Assembly (NCBI GenBank): GCA_044869275.1
Contig: JBIOXB010000086.1
Location: 46,633-110,632, forward strand
DNA length: 64,000 bases
Source: a bacterium
GTDB lineage: Bacteria; Zhuqueibacterota; Zhuqueibacteria; Zhuqueibacterales; Zhuqueibacteraceae
Reading direction: 5' to 3'
Part shown: positions 58,784 to 64,000 of the stretch, piece after piece
How the letters are laid out: each line of letters opens with the position of its first letter
Position numbering within the stretch: position 1 is the stretch's first letter
The notes under the pieces: model-generated
The model's input: the letters and a program-made list of their open reading frames with translations, nothing else
Told to the model about the DNA's origin: nothing
Database searches by the model: none
Position numbers and translations under genes: made by a program

Positions 58784-61003
58784 TCACTCCATGATCATTT
58801 CAATCGCGCCGTAATAAGCCTTTGCTAATTCCGCAGTGGAAATCCCCAGAAGACCTGAAAGACGCAACTCATTCTTTATGGTTTTCCCGAGCACTGTCAG
58901 CGGCACGCCATATCGATCACAAATCTCTTGAATTTTCTTGCGCTGCGATGCGGAATAAGAAACGAGCACCAGCGACTGGCTTTCACCGAAGAAAGCAAAA
59001 TCCGCGCGGCGGTATTTTGGCAACGTAATTTCAGCGCCGAGAATGTGTTCTTCATCCATAATGCAGCACTCCGCCAGGGCTACGGCCAACCCGCCGTCAG
59101 AGATATCGTGCGCGGAGTGCAACAACTTCTCTTGGATCAACTGCAGGCAGGTTGCTTGCACCGCGCGCTCGCGTTTCAAATCGAGCTGGGGACAATCACC
59201 CGCGATTTTGCCATGAATCGTTTTGAGATATTCACTCCCGCCGATTTCTTCAAGATTTGTCCCGAGCAATGCGATCTCATCGCCGGGTTGCTTGAAATGC
59301 GCGGTCATGGCGCAAGCGACGTCATCTAAAACACCCAGCATACCGATCACCGGCGTGGGATAAACCGCTGCGGTGGGGCTCTCATTATAAAAGCTCACAT
59401 TGCCGCCGGTCACGGGAGTTTCCAGTGCGAGGCAGGCTTCAGAAATTCCCGCAATGGCTTCTTGAAATTGCCAATAAACTTCCGGTTTGTAGGGATTGCC
59501 GAAATTCAAACAATTCGTGATCGCCACCGGCTTGGCGCCGGTAACGGCCACGTTGCGTGCAGATTCGGCCACGGCAATGGCCGCACCGCGGCGCGGGTTG
59601 AGATAAACGTAGCGGCCGTTGCAATCCGTTTTCACCGCCAAACCTTTCTTCACGCCTTTGAGGCGCAACACCGCCGCATCACCTCCGGGGTGAACCACGG
59701 TGTTGCTGCGCACGGTGGAATCGTACTGGCGATAGATCCAGCGCTTGCTGGCGATATTCGGCGAGGCCAAAAGCCGAAGCATCACTTCATTCAAATCCTT
59801 GGGCTGCGGCAAACTTTGGGGATCGAACGCCCGCGTTTCTTTCAAATACTCCGGTTCTTTGGCTTCACGAACATATACCGGTGCGCCGCCGCCCAAAGCC
59901 AAAACCTCCGCGGGGATTTCCGCCACGGTTCTGCCATTCATGCGCACCTTAAGATGGTTGCCGCTTCTCACCGTGCCGATCTCCGCCGCATGCAAGTCCC
60001 ACTTCGCGCAAATCTTTTTGATCTCTTCCTCTTTGCCGGGTTTGGCAATCACCAGCATTCTTTCCTGCGATTCCGAGAGCATGATTTCATACGGCGTCAT
60101 GCCCGGCTCACGCAGCGGCACTTTTTCCAAATCGATTTCCATGCCGTGCTGTCCCTTTGCCGACATTTCCGAAGTGGAGCACGTGATCCCGGCCGCACCC
60201 ATGTCCTGCATGCCGATGACGAGGTCGGCCTTGATCATCTCGAGTGAGGCTTCAAGCAAGAGCTTTTCTGCAAAAGGATCGCCGACTTGCACCTGTGGCC
60301 GCTTCTTTTCACTCTTTTCTGAAATTTCCTCGCTAGCAAAAGTAGCTCCATGAATGCCGTCGCGGCCGGTGGATGAACCGATGAGAATCACGCTGTTGCC
60401 GTCGCCCTTGGCGATGGCACGTGCGACGCGATCGTGTTTAACAATGCCAACCGCCATGGCATTCACCAACGGATTGTCGCGATAGCATTCTTCGAAGTAA
60501 ATCTCGCCCCCAACAGTAGGCACGCCGAAGCAGTTGCCGTAATCGCCGATGCCTTTGACCACGCCCTTGAAGAGATAGCGCGTGCGCGCCTCCGCAAGAG
60601 AGCCGAAGCGCAACGAATTGAGCGCCGCGATCGGCCGCGCCCCCATGGTGAAAATATCGCGTAAAATCCCTCCGACACCCGTGGCCGCGCCTTGATACGG
60701 CTCGACCGCAGAGGGATGATTGTGGCTTTCGATTTTGAAGGCAACCGCCAAGCCGTCGCCAATATCGATCAAACCGGCGTTTTCTTCGCCGGCCTGCGCG
60801 AGTAGATTCCTGCCCTCGCGAGGAAGCTGCTTGAGTTGCACAATGGAATTCTTGTAGCTGCAATGCTCCGACCACATCACTGAAAATATGCCCAGCTCGG
60901 TAAAAGTAGGGGTGCGGCCTAGGATAGCCAAAATGCGTTCATATTCTTCTTCGCTCAATCCGTGCTGCAACGCGAGCGTGAGGGTGACCTGCAGGTCTTT
61001 CAT
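58784..61003 (-). CDS. purL: Phosphoribosylformylglycinamidine synthase subunit PurL (small type)
   Basis: [50 protein letters not shown]. Confidence 0.97.
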   Translation of the reverse strand: MKDLQVTLTLALQHGLSEEEYERILAILGRTPTFTELGIFSVMWSEHCSYKNSIVQLKQLPREGRNLLAQAGEENAGLIDIGDGLAVAFKIESHNHPSAVEPYQGAATGVGGILRDIFTMGARPIAALNSLRFGSLAEARTRYLFKGVVKGIGDYGNCFGVPTVGGEIYFEECYRDNPLVNAMAVGIVKHDRVARAIAKGDGNSVILIGSSTGRDGIHGATFASEEISEKSEKKRPQVQVGDPFAEKLLLEASLEMIKADLVIGMQDMGAAGITCSTSEMSAKGQHGMEIDLEKVPLREPGMTPYEIMLSESQERMLVIAKPGKEEEIKKICAKWDLHAAEIGTVRSGNHLKVRMNGRTVAEIPAEVLALGGGAPVYVREAKEPEYLKETRAFDPQSLPQPKDLNEVMLRLLASPNIASKRWIYRQYDSTVRSNTVVHPGGDAAVLRLKGVKKGLAVKTDCNGRYVYLNPRRGAAIAVAESARNVAVTGAKPVAITNCLNFGNPYKPEVYWQFQEAIAGISEACLALETPVTGGNVSFYNESPTAAVYPTPVIGMLGVLDDVACAMTAHFKQPGDEIALLGTNLEEIGGSEYLKTIHGKIAGDCPQLDLKRERAVQATCLQLIQEKLLHSAHDISDGGLAVALAECCIMDEEHILGAEITLPKYRRADFAFFGESQSLVLVSYSASQRKKIQEICDRYGVPLTVLGKTIKNELRLSGLLGISTAELAKAYYGAIEMIME

Positions 61004-61062
61004 TTTGTGTCGAAAGAGAATTTATTCTCGTTAAGGACTAGCTGGTATTATCCACCCTACTA

Positions 61063-61154
61063 TTGTCATTCCGTAGGAATCTTTTTACGCGACGAGCACG
61101 CTCTCCATTTTTGGAGCCGTGCCCAGAGCCAGAGAAGATTATTCCAGAATGACA
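61063..61154. mobile_element. Second copy of the MITE/REP-like element
   Basis: ttgtcattccgtaggaatctt ... aagattattccagaatgaca. Confidence 0.55.
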
Positions 61155-61196
61155 CTTCAAGGAGGGCGTTGCAAAATCAACCTTGAGACAGGGTAA

Positions 61197-62411
61197 TCAA
61201 GCCGTTTTGGTTTCGACGGCAGCCGCCGGCGATTTGATCTTCCACATCATGGCCGCGGACAAGCATCCCAAAATGAAAGTAGCGCCCCACAACCACGCGG
61301 CTCCAAACCGTTCGAGCATCTGTGTGCCGAGCCAAGGCGCAAGAATGAACGCTAGGCTGAAAGTCATTTGATAGATGCCCATATACACGCCGCGGCGCTG
61401 CGCGGGTGCGACCTCCGAAACATATGCCGCGGTCGCGGGAAAAAGAATCATCTCGCCGAAAGTCCAGATGGCCACAGTGAGTGCCGCAGTGATCATGTTG
61501 GTGGCGAACATCAAAGCGCCGAAGCCCACGCCCCACAAGAGGCAGCCCAGGGACAGCGCGTGCCGGTGTGACCAATGCGACATGCCGGTGTTGAGCGGCA
61601 CTTCCATCAAGATAATCATGATGGTATTAATCGCAAACAGAATTCCATAATCGGATTCCGCCAGCCCGAGATCGTGCACCAGGAACAACGGCAGCGTGCT
61701 GTTGTGTTGAAAGAAAACGATGATCACGGGCAGCAATGCCGCGAGGAAATAGAGGAAACGCCGGTCGGCGAACACGCTGGCCGAGCGCGGCGCGGTCTCG
61801 CCTGCCGGGGATGAGCCTGATCGGCTCGCCGCCTTTGGAACCACGGGGCGCAGAGCGGCAAAGACGAGGATAATGCCGGCGATCACGGAAGTTGCGCCGT
61901 CGATGAAGAACAAGGCGGTAAAAGAAAATGCGGCAATAAAACCTCCGGCTGCGGGCCCGATGCTCATGCCGAGATTGATCGCCAATCGGCTGAACGCGAA
62001 GGCCGACTTGCGGCGCTCCGGCTCCACCCAATCGGAGATGACGGACATGCTGGCGGGACGAAAGGCTTCGTTCAATATCGCCCAACAGAACGCCAGGCAT
62101 AAGATGGCAGAATAATGGTGCACCCAAGGAAAGACGAAAAGCAGTCCGCCGGAAAGCAGCAACGATAGCTGCATGATGTGCAGCGGTCCGAAACGATCGC
62201 TGAGCCGTCCCGCGAGGGGCGAGGTGATCAGCGCACCAATGCCATAAACGGAAAGCACCAGGCCGGCGTCGCTTTCAGACATTTTCAGATGTCGGGTCAA
62301 ATACAGAACGAGAAATGGCAGGGCCATCATGCCGGCGCGATTGACGATCGTCGCGACGGCCAAAACCCACATTTCGCGGGGAAGAGTGCGCAAATCGCGC
62401 CAGGGGTTCAT
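61197..62411 (-). CDS. MFS transporter
   Basis: PFLVLYL, GRLSDRFG, NLGMSIGPAAGG, RGVYMG; multiple TM segments. Confidence 0.88.
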   Translation of the reverse strand: MNPWRDLRTLPREMWVLAVATIVNRAGMMALPFLVLYLTRHLKMSESDAGLVLSVYGIGALITSPLAGRLSDRFGPLHIMQLSLLLSGGLLFVFPWVHHYSAILCLAFCWAILNEAFRPASMSVISDWVEPERRKSAFAFSRLAINLGMSIGPAAGGFIAAFSFTALFFIDGATSVIAGIILVFAALRPVVPKAASRSGSSPAGETAPRSASVFADRRFLYFLAALLPVIIVFFQHNSTLPLFLVHDLGLAESDYGILFAINTIMIILMEVPLNTGMSHWSHRHALSLGCLLWGVGFGALMFATNMITAALTVAIWTFGEMILFPATAAYVSEVAPAQRRGVYMGIYQMTFSLAFILAPWLGTQMLERFGAAWLWGATFILGCLSAAMMWKIKSPAAAVETKTA

Positions 62412-62457
62412 AGAGGATTTTTACTTTCGCAATTTTACATGCCGCCGCATGCCATGG

Positions 62458-63801
62458 TCAGAATCTAACTGCTGCTTCCACTGTTTTTTCAAAATGTTTG
62501 TAGCTCGAATACGTCGGCTTGATGGTTAGGCGCGTGAGATAGTCGCCGGGCTGGACGGGCGTGAGCTGCTGTGCCAGAGCGGCGTGGTCGCCTGGCGCGG
62601 CAGCGGCCGGCAAGATTTTCCAATTGCCGTCCAGCAAATCCCGTTGCGCGCCGGGGAAACGCAGACTCTTCTGCACCGGCGTCGCCAGCAGTTTCTTCTC
62701 CGCGTCAAAGATCTCAACCTGAACATAGCTGGCTTCAGTCAGGAAATAATCGAGCTGCAGCAACGGCAACTGCGGCGAGCGGCCGGCGGTGAAATCCAAA
62801 ACATCCGTGCCCACCCAGTAATACTGCACCGCGGCGCGTTCGACGATGATCACTTGCCCGAAGCGTTTGTAGATCGCAATACCACGTGGCTCATCGAATT
62901 CATTCTTGCCTTTGCCCTTGCGGCCGAACGCGGTCAGATACTCGAGCCGGCGATTCAGCTTGTGGAGGCAATGCCGCGCAACATCCGTCGCGTAAACGTT
63001 GCCGTAATAGTCGAGCGCGAGATCACTCAGTTTGGCGTCCGTCAGGCCTTTTTCCTGGGTGTGCCAGGAATGCAAAAGCTTCCCTTCGGGCGAGAATTTT
63101 TGAATTCTCTGGCAGTTCTGATCAACGACGACAACGGCGTTTTCGTGAAAATAGGACCACGGTTCAGCCGCATCGCTGAGGGCGATCGCAACCGGCTGCT
63201 GTACGGCGAGGCTATCCGCCAGCACGCGCAGGTATTGATCGTCGTGAAATACCACGACACGATTGTTGCCGGTATCGGCGATGTAAACCGTGCGGTCTTC
63301 GCCGATCGCCACGTCGCGCGGGGCGCGCAAGCCGGCGAGTGCGCGCACGAATTGCAGCTCGCGGCCGGGATTGAATAAATGCACGACGCGGTGATTGCCG
63401 GTATCGGCGACGTAAACGTCTCCGCCGTGATGTGCCGCTATGCCCTGCGGCTGCTTCAACCTTTTTTCCCCGCGTTCGTTGATGCCATAGAACGAAAGCG
63501 CAGACAACGAGGTGTTGTAAATGATCATGTCATAACCGGCATTCACACCGTAAACCGTCAACTCGTCATCGTCCTCCGTGCGTTTGGCATTCTCCCAACT
63601 GTCCAGACGCACGGCAGCGACGCCTTGCGGGTCGCGCACCTCGATTTGGTTTTTGGTATAAAGCTTCAAATGCGTGGCCGTGGCCTTTTGCACCCAAACG
63701 TGAAGAAACGGCGGGAAAACCAAAGTGGTGGGATCGTATTTGTCTTCTGGAGCGAGCCAGGCTAAAAAGCATGCACAGATGGAGGCAACAACGAAAGACA
63801 T
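62458..63801 (-). CDS. Secreted NHL-repeat (beta-propeller) protein
   Basis: PQGIA..VYVADTGNHRV, PRDVA..VYIADTGNNRV, FDEPRGIA; N-terminal hydrophobic leader. Confidence 0.8.
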   Translation of the reverse strand: MSFVVASICACFLAWLAPEDKYDPTTLVFPPFLHVWVQKATATHLKLYTKNQIEVRDPQGVAAVRLDSWENAKRTEDDDELTVYGVNAGYDMIIYNTSLSALSFYGINERGEKRLKQPQGIAAHHGGDVYVADTGNHRVVHLFNPGRELQFVRALAGLRAPRDVAIGEDRTVYIADTGNNRVVVFHDDQYLRVLADSLAVQQPVAIALSDAAEPWSYFHENAVVVVDQNCQRIQKFSPEGKLLHSWHTQEKGLTDAKLSDLALDYYGNVYATDVARHCLHKLNRRLEYLTAFGRKGKGKNEFDEPRGIAIYKRFGQVIIVERAAVQYYWVGTDVLDFTAGRSPQLPLLQLDYFLTEASYVQVEIFDAEKKLLATPVQKSLRFPGAQRDLLDGNWKILPAAAAPGDHAALAQQLTPVQPGDYLTRLTIKPTYSSYKHFEKTVEAAVRF

Positions 63802-64000
63802 GCGAATTCACATTCCGAATCTTGAATACTACCCGGCGGGCAGGCGCGACGATTGATATCGGCAACCTATTACAAAATTCCGAGAAAGTCAATGAACAAG
63901 TGCATGGGCTTTGAAAAAACGTAATGAATTGGCGTTCTCGATCAACGCACATGTTGGTATTCGGCGATGCCAAATGTGTAAGTATGCGGCGTTTTTTTCT

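Overview
Bacterial window, moderately GC-rich. The mitochondrial-type aconitase and many secreted proteins ending in an NYPNPFN/FlgD-Ig (T9SS type-A-like) domain suggest an FCB-group lineage such as KSB1/Calditrichota; this is inference. 1-23 kb is mostly housekeeping (acs 5' end, aconitase, glgB, uppP, radC, mutL, miaA, two secreted amidohydrolases, a GlmU-like transferase plus GHMP kinase) with two AT-richer insertions: an AAA/ABC ATPase and a nucleotidyltransferase toxin-antitoxin-like pair splitting mutL-miaA. 22.6-29.4 kb is a minus-strand light-stress/carotenoid operon in which idi, a class II photolyase and ybgA are intact but crtW, a crtI-family gene and a radical SAM gene are broken by deletions. 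29.8-53.8 kb holds five co-oriented giant secreted modular proteins (FG-GAP/ASPIC, FN3, malectin, propeller GH, DUF4038, CBM96-like). They carry a repeated ~190-aa domain I cannot assign and an SGNH esterase inserted inside an FN3 domain; this cluster is the best candidate for an undescribed system. 54-64 kb has more deletion-scarred pseudogenes, two MFS transporters, a methyltransferase, purL flanked by MITE-like elements and an NHL-repeat protein. Many intergenic spacers hold inverted arrays of 6/7/9-mer repeats. I found no rRNA, tRNA, CRISPR array, integrase, transposase or reverse transcriptase. All family calls come from motif recognition, not database searches.
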